From: an uncultured Prevotellaceae bacterium
GTDB lineage: Bacteria; Bacteroidota; Bacteroidia; Bacteroidales; Bacteroidaceae
Assembly: GCA_900313715.1 (NCBI GenBank)
Contig: OMSH01000183.1
Coordinates: forward strand, 1-38,267
Length of the DNA stretch: 38,267 bases
Direction of reading: 5' to 3'
In this document: one piece after another, positions 10,363-19,415 of the stretch
How the letters are laid out: the number at the start of each line of letters is the position of its first letter
How positions within the stretch are numbered: position 1 is the stretch's first letter
Translations under genes and position numbers: made by a program
The notes under the pieces: model-generated
The model's database searches: none
What the model was told of the DNA's origin: nothing
The model's input: only the letters and a program-made list of their open reading frames with translations

Positions 10363-10425
10363 AATATCAATTGGGGTTTTGCTTTATTGTCTGCTTACTT
10401 ATATCCAATTTCATGCCAGCGCTCA

Positions 10426-11433
10426 CTAAAAACGTTTGCCTATGATGATACGGCTGCGCCATTTATTATGTCTGAGACGAAAGTAATCATAGTCGCCTGC
10501 AGATGTGTAATTATATACCGTAGTTAGGCCCATGAAGAAGTGTTTGAAATAATGTACCAAAGAGAAACGCGCTACAATAGCTATCTCTGGAAAAGTAGAA
10601 CCCATTGCTTCTACACCTACCATCTTGATGATTTTGTTGTCACGCCAAAAAACAATTGTGGGTAACGTGGAAAGATGGATAAGCCATCTGCTGTTGGGCA
10701 CAAAATTATATCCATAGCCAACTCCTACACTGGCATAGCTTAGTTTAAACTTTCGGATATCTTCACTATCATATTCAATATCCTCATCTTGCATTATAGA
10801 AACAGATGTACGGTGATATGAAAGTCCAGCCATGAGACTGCCTGCACTACGTTTTTGTATATAGGACTGACTAAAAGCAGCCGGATAAGAGAACTTACGA
10901 CCATTAAAGGCATAGTAACCATTAATAGTAAGACTCTTTTCGCGAATCTCAGTATTTAAATCATACTCTTCACCACCCCAATCAATCTCGCCTTCAAATT
11001 GACCGTTGGTCTCATAAATAAAATCGAAACCATATCGGTTGCTGTAGGAATTGACATTAATCTCGGTACTGGTTTTCTTGCCAAACAAATGTGACGGATT
11101 AAAAGCTATAGAAACCGCAAGACCACGATAATTGGCACCAAGTGTGATGGTATGTCGAATGGGATCTTTGAAACGAAAATCTACATCTTCATCTTGTTCA
11201 TCAATAGCCTTGAGGGTAAAGTCAGTGCCAGAGATATTGTTAATCAAGCGTAGCGTCAAATGATGATCCGGACGAGACACATAGTTAGTGTCAATCTTAG
11301 ACTTCAGTTGCCTTATATCAAGAACACTGTCAATTTTATGGAATAATTTAAAGCGATGCTGAGCTGCAAGATTTGAAGGCAAGAGAAAAGTACTAATTGC
11401 AAAGCATATTATATATAAGCTGTTTTTTATCAT
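10426..11433 (-). CDS. DUF4421-like outer-membrane beta-barrel protein
   Basis: Signal peptide; YYAFNGRKFSYPAAFSQSYIQKRSAGS, GYGYN, C-terminal GKRF. Confidence 0.8.
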   Translation of the reverse strand: MIKNSLYIICFAISTFLLPSNLAAQHRFKLFHKIDSVLDIRQLKSKIDTNYVSRPDHHLTLRLINNISGTDFTLKAIDEQDEDVDFRFKDPIRHTITLGANYRGLAVSIAFNPSHLFGKKTSTEINVNSYSNRYGFDFIYETNGQFEGEIDWGGEEYDLNTEIREKSLTINGYYAFNGRKFSYPAAFSQSYIQKRSAGSLMAGLSYHRTSVSIMQDEDIEYDSEDIRKFKLSYASVGVGYGYNFVPNSRWLIHLSTLPTIVFWRDNKIIKMVGVEAMGSTFPEIAIVARFSLVHYFKHFFMGLTTVYNYTSAGDYDYFRLRHNKWRSRIIIGKRF

Positions 11434-11468
11434 GGGTCTTTATAATAACAAAAATATATTACAAATCT

Positions 11469-11500
11469 CTTGCTTTTGTGTTGAAAACTATATACCTTTG
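11469..11500 (+). promoter_or_regulatory. Plus-strand promoter with no downstream plus-strand gene
   Basis: CTTG-N20-TACCTTTG. Confidence 0.5.
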
Positions 11501-11504
11501 CAAA

Positions 11505-11585
11505 GGTTTGATTTATCAAATCACTTATTTGAATTTCGGTGTGAAGGCAACTGTCTGTGAAGATAGTTGCCTTCATTATTGTTTT
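11505..11585 (+). ncRNA. Candidate small RNA of about 75-80 nt
   Basis: Promoter followed by a hairpin (11542-11575) with a GUGA tetraloop, a G-U pair only on the plus strand, and a T-rich tail. Confidence 0.4.
11542..11575. terminator. Hairpin at the end of the rnf operon and of the candidate sRNA
   Basis: TGAAGGCAACTGTCT-GTGA-AGATAGTTGCCTTCA, 15-bp stem with one wobble. Confidence 0.75.
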
Positions 11586-12162
11586 AAACTTTTACCACGC
11601 CACTGAAGCCCATAAACGCCATAGCCAACAAACCTGCCACGATGAGAGCAATAGGTGTTCCCCTCATGCCTTTAGGGATGTTTACCAAGCTCATCTGTTC
11701 GCGAATACCAGCAAACAGGGTTAGTGCCAAACCAAAGCCTATAGCGGTCGCAAAAGCATATACAACGCCCGTAAGCAAATCGAAATCTTTCTGAATTACT
11801 AAGATAGCCACACCTAACACCGCACAATTGGTCGTGATAAGTGGCAGGAACACACCCAGAGCCTGATAGAGCGATGGTGACACCTTTTTCAGCACTATCT
11901 CCAACATCTGTACCAGCGAAGCAATAACCAAGATGAACGTAATGGTCTGCAAATACTGCAGTTCGAAAGCATCAAGGACATACTTCTGGATGAGATAAGT
12001 AACAATAGTAGCCAACGTAAGTACAAACGCCACAGCTGCACTCATGCCCAAAGCTGTATCAATCTTCTTCGATACGCCTAAAAACGGACAGATACCCAAA
12101 AACTGTGAAAATACGATGTTGTTGACGAAAATCGCCGCTATGAATATTAATAACAGTTCCAT
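11584..12162 (-). CDS. rnfA: Rnf/Rsx electron transport complex subunit A
   Basis: NNIVFSQFLGICPFLG, LPLITTNCAVLG. Confidence 0.96.
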   Translation of the reverse strand: MELLLIFIAAIFVNNIVFSQFLGICPFLGVSKKIDTALGMSAAVAFVLTLATIVTYLIQKYVLDAFELQYLQTITFILVIASLVQMLEIVLKKVSPSLYQALGVFLPLITTNCAVLGVAILVIQKDFDLLTGVVYAFATAIGFGLALTLFAGIREQMSLVNIPKGMRGTPIALIVAGLLAMAFMGFSGVVKV

Positions 12163-12171
12163 AATCCATCA

Positions 12172-12759
12172 TTATTTTGCTTCTCTCATCTTATTGACAA
12201 TGGCACAAAGGTAGCCCAGTGCTATGAAAGCCCCAGGAGCCAGCACAAAGAGCAACATACCATAATCCTCAGGAATGAGAGAAAGGTTAAACATCTTACC
12301 AGTACCCAACAGCTCACGTACAGCACCTAAAAGCGTGAGTGCCAAAGTGAAGCCTAAGCCTATACCTACACCATCGAAGAATGATGACACCGGGCCGTTT
12401 TTAGAAGCAAAGGCCTCAGCTCGACCCAATACGATACAATTCACCACGATAAGTGGGATAAACAACCCTAACGTCTTATACAAATCAGGCATGTATGCTT
12501 GCATCACCATTTGCAAAAGCGTTACAAAAGAGGCAATAATAACAATAAACGAAGGAATGCGCACCATATTAGGAATAACATTCTTTACAGCCGCAATTAC
12601 GGTGTTCGAGCAGATAAGCACAAACATGGTGGCCAACCCCATAGACATTCCATTAATAGCGCTCGATGTAGTACCCAACGTAGGACACATACCCAACATC
12701 AACACAAAAGTGGGGTTCTCGTTTATGATACCGTTTATCAAAACTTTCAAGTTACTCAT
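12172..12759 (-). CDS. rnfE: Rnf/Rsx subunit E
   Basis: ENPTFVLMLGMCPTL, IPLIVVNCIVLGRAEAFA. Confidence 0.96.
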   Translation of the reverse strand: MSNLKVLINGIINENPTFVLMLGMCPTLGTTSSAINGMSMGLATMFVLICSNTVIAAVKNVIPNMVRIPSFIVIIASFVTLLQMVMQAYMPDLYKTLGLFIPLIVVNCIVLGRAEAFASKNGPVSSFFDGVGIGLGFTLALTLLGAVRELLGTGKMFNLSLIPEDYGMLLFVLAPGAFIALGYLCAIVNKMREAK

Positions 12760-12776
12760 AATTACATCCCCTCCTA

Positions 12777-13430
12777 TTATTTAGCGGCACCCTTTGTGGT
12801 GTCTGATAAAACAATTACTTGACTTGTAGCCTTTTGTGTGGCACCAGTTGCGCCATCAACAGACTGGCCAGAGAAAGCAGCGTATGCTGCATTAACAGCC
12901 TTCAAAAAGGCACGCGACGTAATAGTAGAAGCCGTAATAGCGTCAATCTGACCACCATCCTTACTTACTGTAAGCGGGCCATCCTTAGGACTCTTTCCTG
13001 TTATGTCACCCTTGGCACCTTTTTTAAACCAGCTGTCGGCCTTTGCGCCCAAGCCAGGTGTCTCAGCATGATTTAATAAAGAATAGTCATTAATTTGACC
13101 GTCCTTGTTAAAACCAACGAGGATTGTTAGTTCGCCGCCAAAACCCATTACTGTACTTTCTACAGCAGCACCTATATACTCGCTACCCTTCATTGCAGGA
13201 TAAATCTTATAAGATACACCATCGATATCTTGTATCTTCATCTCCTGAATAGGATTATTGTCAAAACCAGGAACTACGGCTTTCACTGCATCGCTCAGCG
13301 TTTTAGCGTTAGCAGCGGCGATAGGTTCTTTGGTCACCTCGTTCATGGCAGCCAGCAGACCTACACAAATAATGGTGATGCCTGTTAGCACCAACACCAT
13401 GTTCTTTAATGATGATTCTAATTTCTTCAT
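12777..13430 (-). CDS. rnfG: Rnf/Rsx subunit G (FMN-binding)
   Basis: N-terminal TM, HAETPGLG, DAITASTITS flavinylation motif. Confidence 0.94.
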   Translation of the reverse strand: MKKLESSLKNMVLVLTGITIICVGLLAAMNEVTKEPIAAANAKTLSDAVKAVVPGFDNNPIQEMKIQDIDGVSYKIYPAMKGSEYIGAAVESTVMGFGGELTILVGFNKDGQINDYSLLNHAETPGLGAKADSWFKKGAKGDITGKSPKDGPLTVSKDGGQIDAITASTITSRAFLKAVNAAYAAFSGQSVDGATGATQKATSQVIVLSDTTKGAAK

Positions 13431-14428
13431 TTCTTCACACTGACAGCCCTACTGCTGAATCTTTGAGGTTTAACATACGTATTGATAAGGGGCACGAATG
13501 CATTCATAATGAAAATGGCAAACGACATACCTTCCGGATAGGACCCCCAGAAACGAATAACCATCGTGATGAGACCAATGCAAACACCATAAATCAGCTG
13601 TCCGCGATAGTTCATCGGAGAGGTCACATAATCTGTAGCCATGAAGATGGCACCCAGCATCAAACCACCACTAAGCAAGTGATACTCTGGCGATGGATAT
13701 ACCGTTGGATCTACCAGATACATAACACCGGCAAACACGAGCACCGTAGCAAGTATTGACACAGGGATGTGCCAAGTAATAATTCTTTTCCACAACATAT
13801 AGGCGCCACCAAGAAGCAATGCCAAAGCGCTGACCTCACCTAATGAACCACCTATATTATTACCTAACAACATGCCCAATGCATCTGGCAAATCGCCCAA
13901 AGCAGCCGGATTACCATTTACTGCTTGTTTCATCAATGACAGTGGTGTTGCTCCTGTTACAGCGTCGGTGTATGACATCAACTGTCCCGCCTGTGGCCAT
14001 GAGGTCATCTGCACCGGGAAAGAAATCAGCAGGAAGATACGCCCTGCCAGTGCTGGATTGAACGGGTTACAGCCCAAACCGCCAAACGACATCTTGCCCA
14101 CACCAATGGCAAACAGGGCACCAATTATGATAATCCATATCGGCAGGTTCGATGGCAGGTTAAACGCCAGCAATACGCCCGTGATGATGGCAGAACCATC
14201 AGTGATGGTGAGGCGTTCACGTTTCAAGATATACTTGCTGATGGCCCACTCGAAGAACACGCAGGCAGCTACCGATACAGCAGTAACCACCAATGCACCA
14301 ATGCCAAAGGCGATGAGTGACACCAGAAATGCAGGTATCAGTGCAATGAGCACACCATACATATTCTTCTGCACACTATCATTGGCATGATCGTGGGGCG
14401 AAAGTGATACTAATAACTTATTTTCCAT
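13427..14428 (-). CDS. rnfD: Rnf/Rsx subunit D
   Basis: FGGLGCNPFNPAL, DAVTGATPL (FMN-Thr), FMATDYVTSP. Confidence 0.96.
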   Translation of the reverse strand: MENKLLVSLSPHDHANDSVQKNMYGVLIALIPAFLVSLIAFGIGALVVTAVSVAACVFFEWAISKYILKRERLTITDGSAIITGVLLAFNLPSNLPIWIIIIGALFAIGVGKMSFGGLGCNPFNPALAGRIFLLISFPVQMTSWPQAGQLMSYTDAVTGATPLSLMKQAVNGNPAALGDLPDALGMLLGNNIGGSLGEVSALALLLGGAYMLWKRIITWHIPVSILATVLVFAGVMYLVDPTVYPSPEYHLLSGGLMLGAIFMATDYVTSPMNYRGQLIYGVCIGLITMVIRFWGSYPEGMSFAIFIMNAFVPLINTYVKPQRFSSRAVSVKK

Positions 14429-14434
14429 TTTAGA

Positions 14435-15772
14435 TTATTTTTTTGTGCTGCGGGCACGAATGATAGCTCCTACCCTTGTCTTGCCCAAGCTGATATAATC
14501 CAGCAACGGACGATTGGCAGGACAGGTGAACTGGCAAGCGCCGCAACTCAAGCAGTCCATAATGTCTTCTTTCTCTAATCTCTCGAATTCTGCATGCTCA
14601 GCTAACTGTGCCATGAGGTATGGCTCCAAGCCCATTGGACAGGCACTTACGCACTTGGCACAACGGATACAAGGCTGCGGTTCACCACGCTTGGCATCCT
14701 TCTTATTTAATATGGTGATTCCAGACGTACCCTTGGCGGTTGGCACCTCGGTGTTAACCAGTGCCTTACCCATCATAGGACCACCGCTGATAATCTTGCC
14801 TGTATCTTCAGGTATGCCTCCACAAGCATCAATAAGTTGTTGGATAGGTGTTCCAATGCGTGCCAAGAAATTACCAGGTTGTTTAACCGACTTGCCCGTA
14901 ACAGTCACCACGCGTTCAAACAACGGTTTATTCTTCTGAATGGCCTCATATACAGCAAAAGCGGTTCCCACATTCTGTACCAAGGCGCCAGTAGAAATAG
15001 GTAACGCTCCACTACCTACATACTTGTCAGTTATAGCCTGTATCAGCTGTTTCTCACCTCCTTGTGGATATTTCATCTTGAGTGGCACAATCTCGATGCC
15101 AGAAAAATCTTTGGCAGCTTTCTCTAAGGCTGCTATAGCATCTGGCTTATTGTTCTCCACGCCAATGTATGCCTTGTTCACACGCATAGATTTCATAAGG
15201 ATGCTCACTCCTACCATGATCTCAGGGGCATGTTCCAGCATCAAACGATGGTCAGCTGTAAGATATGGTTCACATTCAGCACCATTAATCACCACACACT
15301 CAGGTTTGAAAGCAGGAGGTGGAGAGAGTTTCACCTGTGTTGGGAAGCATGCGCCACCTAAACCGACAATACCCATCTCGGCCACTTTCTTGTTAATTTC
15401 TTCTGGAGTGAGTGTGCACTCCTTTACCAACGTGTCTGAACGATCAATGCTCTCAAGCCACTCATCCCCCTCCACATCAATGAAGATAGCAGGTTTAGAA
15501 TAGCCACTGGCATCGATAATGTTATCAATCTTTGAGACCTTTCCACTGACAGATGAGTGGATAGCAGCTGAGACGAAACCACCAGGCTCCGCAATCTTCT
15601 GTCCCACCTTCACCGTATCGCCCTTTGCCACAATAGGCTTGGCGGGTGCGCCAATGTGCTGTCCCAACAAGATGGCAACCTTGGCTGGAATGGCAGCCTT
15701 GACGATAGGCTGACCTGCTGAAAGTTTATTTCCGTGAGGATGAACTCCTCCGATTGAAAATGTCTTCAACAT
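14435..15772 (-). CDS. rnfC: Rnf/Rsx subunit C
   Basis: QHIGAPA, GLGGACFPT, NGAECEPYLTADHRLM, two 4Fe-4S motifs. Confidence 0.97.
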   Translation of the reverse strand: MLKTFSIGGVHPHGNKLSAGQPIVKAAIPAKVAILLGQHIGAPAKPIVAKGDTVKVGQKIAEPGGFVSAAIHSSVSGKVSKIDNIIDASGYSKPAIFIDVEGDEWLESIDRSDTLVKECTLTPEEINKKVAEMGIVGLGGACFPTQVKLSPPPAFKPECVVINGAECEPYLTADHRLMLEHAPEIMVGVSILMKSMRVNKAYIGVENNKPDAIAALEKAAKDFSGIEIVPLKMKYPQGGEKQLIQAITDKYVGSGALPISTGALVQNVGTAFAVYEAIQKNKPLFERVVTVTGKSVKQPGNFLARIGTPIQQLIDACGGIPEDTGKIISGGPMMGKALVNTEVPTAKGTSGITILNKKDAKRGEPQPCIRCAKCVSACPMGLEPYLMAQLAEHAEFERLEKEDIMDCLSCGACQFTCPANRPLLDYISLGKTRVGAIIRARSTKK

Positions 15773-15799
15773 AATATTATTGTTCTTTATTTCTCTGAA

Positions 15800-17203
15800 T
15801 TATAATAATGTAGATGCAATCTTCTCAACTACAGCTACAGCCTCTTCTTGCGTCTTGGCAGCTCGCTTGATGGCCACCAAACCTGTGGTCTTAACAGGTA
15901 CTATCGGCGTAGTATCTACTACTGCCGCATCGGCTTTAACAGGGTGCTTGGCTGCATTTGCCAATGCCTGGGCTGCAATCTTTGCTACCACATCTACCTT
16001 GGGGTGAGCAGCAATGTTCACCAACTCAACAGCAGGAGCAGCGGTCTTTGCCACAGCTGGTTGCTCTACTGGTGCAGGAGCTGCTTCAGCCTTAGGTGCT
16101 TCGGCAGGCGCCTTAGGACCGTTCTTCAGCAAGTCGGCAATCTTAGCCATTACCTCGTCACCTCCTACAGAGCAAGACTTATCTCCTATTCCACCGTCTT
16201 TTACGATAGCTGCAGCAAAGGCAGGGCAATCGTCGAAACCGCAGGCACCACAGTTGGCTTGTGGTAACAGTGACACAATGGATGCAGCACTTGGCATAGC
16301 CACAGGAGCAGTTGACTGAACGGCTTCAGCAGGCTTAGCTACTGGCTTGTCGGCTTCAGCAGCTGGAGCAGCCGGTTTAGCTGGTTTTGGTGGGAAGTTC
16401 AAGTCGATAATGGCGTGTGTAGGACAAACTTCGACACACTTACGGCATGACTTGCACTTATTATAATCAATGTATGCCAGATTGTTTTCTACGGTGATGG
16501 CCCCAAACGGACAAGTCTTTTCGCATTTGCCACAGCCTATACAACCAACGGTACATGCTTTACGAGTGAGAGCTCCTTTATCTTTATTGACACAACGCAC
16601 ATATACACGGCGGTTCTTCACACCTTTCTTGCGCAGCTCTATAATTCCCTTAGGACAAGCCTTAGAGCAAGCTCCACAGGCTGTACATTTTTCATCATCA
16701 ACCTCAGGCAAACCTGTCTCTGGGTTAATGTGGATGGCATCAAACTTACAGGCCATGGTGCAGTCACCATAGCCCAGACAGCCATAGCTACAACTTGTTT
16801 CACCACCATAAAGCGCAGCTGCAATAGCACAGCTCTTCACACCGTCATACCGGTTGACGCGGGGACGGTTGGCACAGGTACCATTACAACGTACCACAGC
16901 CACCATGGGGTCTTTAGCATCAGCCACAAGTCCCATCACGGCAGCTACTTTCTCCATCACAGGCTGACCTCCGACAGGACAGGATTTACCTTCCAAAGAG
17001 CCAGCTTTCACGATGGCACTTGCCAAACCGCTACAACCAGGATAACCGCAACCGCCACAGTTGGCCTGAGGCAAAACCTCGGCTATCTTTGCGATACGCG
17101 GGTCTTCGTGCACAGCAAACTTCTTAGAAGCCACATAAAGCACCAGTGCTGCCACCAACGCTATAACTCCTATTGAGATTACTGCTATCAGAATTACATT
17201 CAT
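15800..17203 (-). CDS. rnfB: Rnf/Rsx subunit B with a C-terminal extension carrying a second Fe-S domain
   Basis: N-terminal TM, LPQANCGGCGYPGC, polyferredoxin motifs, then a second LPQANCGACGFDDC. Confidence 0.94.
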   Translation of the reverse strand: MNVILIAVISIGVIALVAALVLYVASKKFAVHEDPRIAKIAEVLPQANCGGCGYPGCSGLASAIVKAGSLEGKSCPVGGQPVMEKVAAVMGLVADAKDPMVAVVRCNGTCANRPRVNRYDGVKSCAIAAALYGGETSCSYGCLGYGDCTMACKFDAIHINPETGLPEVDDEKCTACGACSKACPKGIIELRKKGVKNRRVYVRCVNKDKGALTRKACTVGCIGCGKCEKTCPFGAITVENNLAYIDYNKCKSCRKCVEVCPTHAIIDLNFPPKPAKPAAPAAEADKPVAKPAEAVQSTAPVAMPSAASIVSLLPQANCGACGFDDCPAFAAAIVKDGGIGDKSCSVGGDEVMAKIADLLKNGPKAPAEAPKAEAAPAPVEQPAVAKTAAPAVELVNIAAHPKVDVVAKIAAQALANAAKHPVKADAAVVDTTPIVPVKTTGLVAIKRAAKTQEEAVAVVEKIASTLL

Positions 17204-17246
17204 AAAATTAGTTAGTTTTATTAAGTTGTTGATTATATTCGTTTTA

Positions 17247-17678
17247 CTAATTCTTTTTCGAAATTGTGAACCTGAAGGTCTTCTTCATTTTGTCCTTGCC
17301 GAAGTAGTAAAGCAACAGATAGTAGATAGCCACACATGCTAAAGAATACAGTGCTACCGACAGCTCGTTATCGTTGCCCCACCATTTTGACAGACCTATC
17401 ACCAATACCATAAGAATAATCAATGGCAACAAGTAACCATACCATACAGCCAAGCGGCTCATACTGGTAGAACCCATTATCCATACTTCATCACCCACAC
17501 GGTATTGACTAGCTTCTTTGTCATACACATCAATAAGATGCTCTTTAGATTCCGCCGATGTACAGTGATTTTTAATACTGCACGACGAGCAGGATGTGGT
17601 CTGCACTATTTTCACTTGCAAGAAATTCTTTTCAATTTTCTGCACTAATCCACTGTGCTTCACAACATCTTCTTTCAT
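17247..17678 (-). CDS. rseC: RseC/MucC family (SoxR-reducing system) membrane protein
   Basis: TSCSSCSIKNHC, VGDEV, two C-terminal TM helices; first gene of the rnf operon. Confidence 0.85.
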   Translation of the reverse strand: MKEDVVKHSGLVQKIEKNFLQVKIVQTTSCSSCSIKNHCTSAESKEHLIDVYDKEASQYRVGDEVWIMGSTSMSRLAVWYGYLLPLIILMVLVIGLSKWWGNDNELSVALYSLACVAIYYLLLYYFGKDKMKKTFRFTISKKN

Positions 17679-17709
17679 GTGACGATTATTTAGTCATTAA
17701 ATTTCACTG

Positions 17710-17740
17710 CAAAAATAATGTATATTTTTGTAAGGACAAA
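17710..17740 (-). promoter_or_regulatory. Promoter of rseC-rnfBCDGEA
   Basis: Minus strand TTTG-N19-TATTTTTG. Confidence 0.72.
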
Positions 17741-17753
17741 ATAATTTTACCTT

Positions 17754-19226
17754 TTACCAACTATAACTCAAACCAAAGCTAAGCAACTCACTCAACTGGA
17801 AATAACTCGTACTGCCATTCAATGGTGTTGCACTGTCATCGTAGCGAGCATGTACATACACTTTTGTAGAAAGGAATCTGTTAATAGCCAAATTAAGAGT
17901 ATTCTCCCACTCTATACGTACCCATTTGTAACTGGTAAGGTAGTCGAGACGCGACTCTAAAGTGATGTTTTTGGCAATGTTCCATGTAATAGTAGGCTGA
18001 ATTTGAGAACCAAAGTTATGCTTTACATGCTTTCCTGGATCAAGTCCGTAAGTCGTTTCATCCACCTCATCGCTTCCAATATAGCGCATGGTCCAGTTAA
18101 GAGGTGCAAGCAACAAAGAAAAGGTGTATTTATCTGTCTTTTTCTTGTAATCCATACCAAATGCCACTGTGAGATCGGCTGGTGCCAGGAAGGTTGATAT
18201 CAACGTAGGGTCATTAGATTTGTAGCCATTGATAAACTGTGTCTTGAACTCTGCCGACACGGTGTAGTACCAATTCTTGGCTGCCTGAATACCTAATTTA
18301 CTGAAAATGCGCAACTGGTCGGTATTGGTAAGATACTTATGCACTTGGTCTGACGGCGTGGAAGCTAATCCCAATTTGGCATCCAAGAGGTTTTCCCACT
18401 GCACCTTTTCCTTATCATTATAGTTAGCTGTCAGCTGTACAGTACCAATCATGGAAACGCTACTCACACCACCCTTGTACCAGTTGTCTGACAAATAGTG
18501 TTGTGAGAACTGCAATGAACCATTTCCGGCGACTGTCCAGAATTTCGGCTTGCGCAACTCCACCTCAGCTTCCTGCTCCAAATCTAATGGAGAACTGGAA
18601 GTAAGCACATCCATCATTTCACGCTTGGCATTATTGATATTAGTCACTTCTTCCGACGCTATGTTATCCACAAAAACACCTGCAGCATCTAACTCGTCTT
18701 CTGTAAAGACAATAGCCTCAGGATTGTTCAAGTATAAATTCATCAAAGCTTTGTCAACTACCTTATTCACACGCTCTTTCGTAGTAAACTGATTCTTGTC
18801 TATCAATAAGGATTCATCAATAACAGAAGGTTTGTCTTCGGGTAACAATGCATCTGTTTTGACAGTAGATAACTGAGCAATAGACGACTTATAATAAGTG
18901 GCGGGAACAAACAACCGATAATAGTCTGGGTCAACTGGAATATATCGTTGCGGTGTAGCAGGATTATTCAATGAATCTAAAACGGATATATACTTATCAT
19001 ACAGGAATGAAACAGTATCGTTTTTATAAACATTCTTTTTTTCAGTAGGTGTTTGTCTTTGGAAGAAATATTTTCCCAATAAATTTGGCAACTGCTTCAC
19101 TTTTACAGTTTCTGATGGCATCGTACTCTCAATGGGAGTATAACTAATGACAGGATTAATGGCCCATGCCGATGAAAACGATAAAAATGCAACTATACAC
19201 AGCAGTGACAGATATCTCTTTTTCAT
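17754..19226 (-). CDS. DUF3078-like outer-membrane protein
   Basis: Signal peptide; GSLQFSQHYLSDNWYKGG, WENTLNLAINRFLST, C-terminal GLSYSW. Confidence 0.85.
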   Translation of the reverse strand: MKKRYLSLLCIVAFLSFSSAWAINPVISYTPIESTMPSETVKVKQLPNLLGKYFFQRQTPTEKKNVYKNDTVSFLYDKYISVLDSLNNPATPQRYIPVDPDYYRLFVPATYYKSSIAQLSTVKTDALLPEDKPSVIDESLLIDKNQFTTKERVNKVVDKALMNLYLNNPEAIVFTEDELDAAGVFVDNIASEEVTNINNAKREMMDVLTSSSPLDLEQEAEVELRKPKFWTVAGNGSLQFSQHYLSDNWYKGGVSSVSMIGTVQLTANYNDKEKVQWENLLDAKLGLASTPSDQVHKYLTNTDQLRIFSKLGIQAAKNWYYTVSAEFKTQFINGYKSNDPTLISTFLAPADLTVAFGMDYKKKTDKYTFSLLLAPLNWTMRYIGSDEVDETTYGLDPGKHVKHNFGSQIQPTITWNIAKNITLESRLDYLTSYKWVRIEWENTLNLAINRFLSTKVYVHARYDDSATPLNGSTSYFQLSELLSFGLSYSW

Positions 19227-19415
19227 AGTTCAACTACAAATCTTTTAATGGTTATTACTTATTGCAAAGATAATGTTAATAACTTAATCAAGCAAGAATA
19301 TCGAAAAAAATCAGCTTTCTTTAGGCACTTCAGTCTTATTTTATTACTTTTGCAGCTAAAATGTCGAAAAACGGCATTAACATACCTATATTTATTAATA
19401 AAACAGGCTTAAAAA

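Noticed and set aside
9625-10425. Invertible segment or mobile element around the recombinase
   Set aside because: No convincing inverted repeats, res sites, att duplication or cargo genes seen by eye.
11508-11519. FNR-like box TTGAT..ATCAA
   Set aside because: Spacer is 2 nt rather than the canonical 4 nt; kept only as an unassigned palindrome.
12275-17176. Many plus-strand ORFs over the rnf operon
   Set aside because: Antisense shadows of well-supported minus-strand genes.
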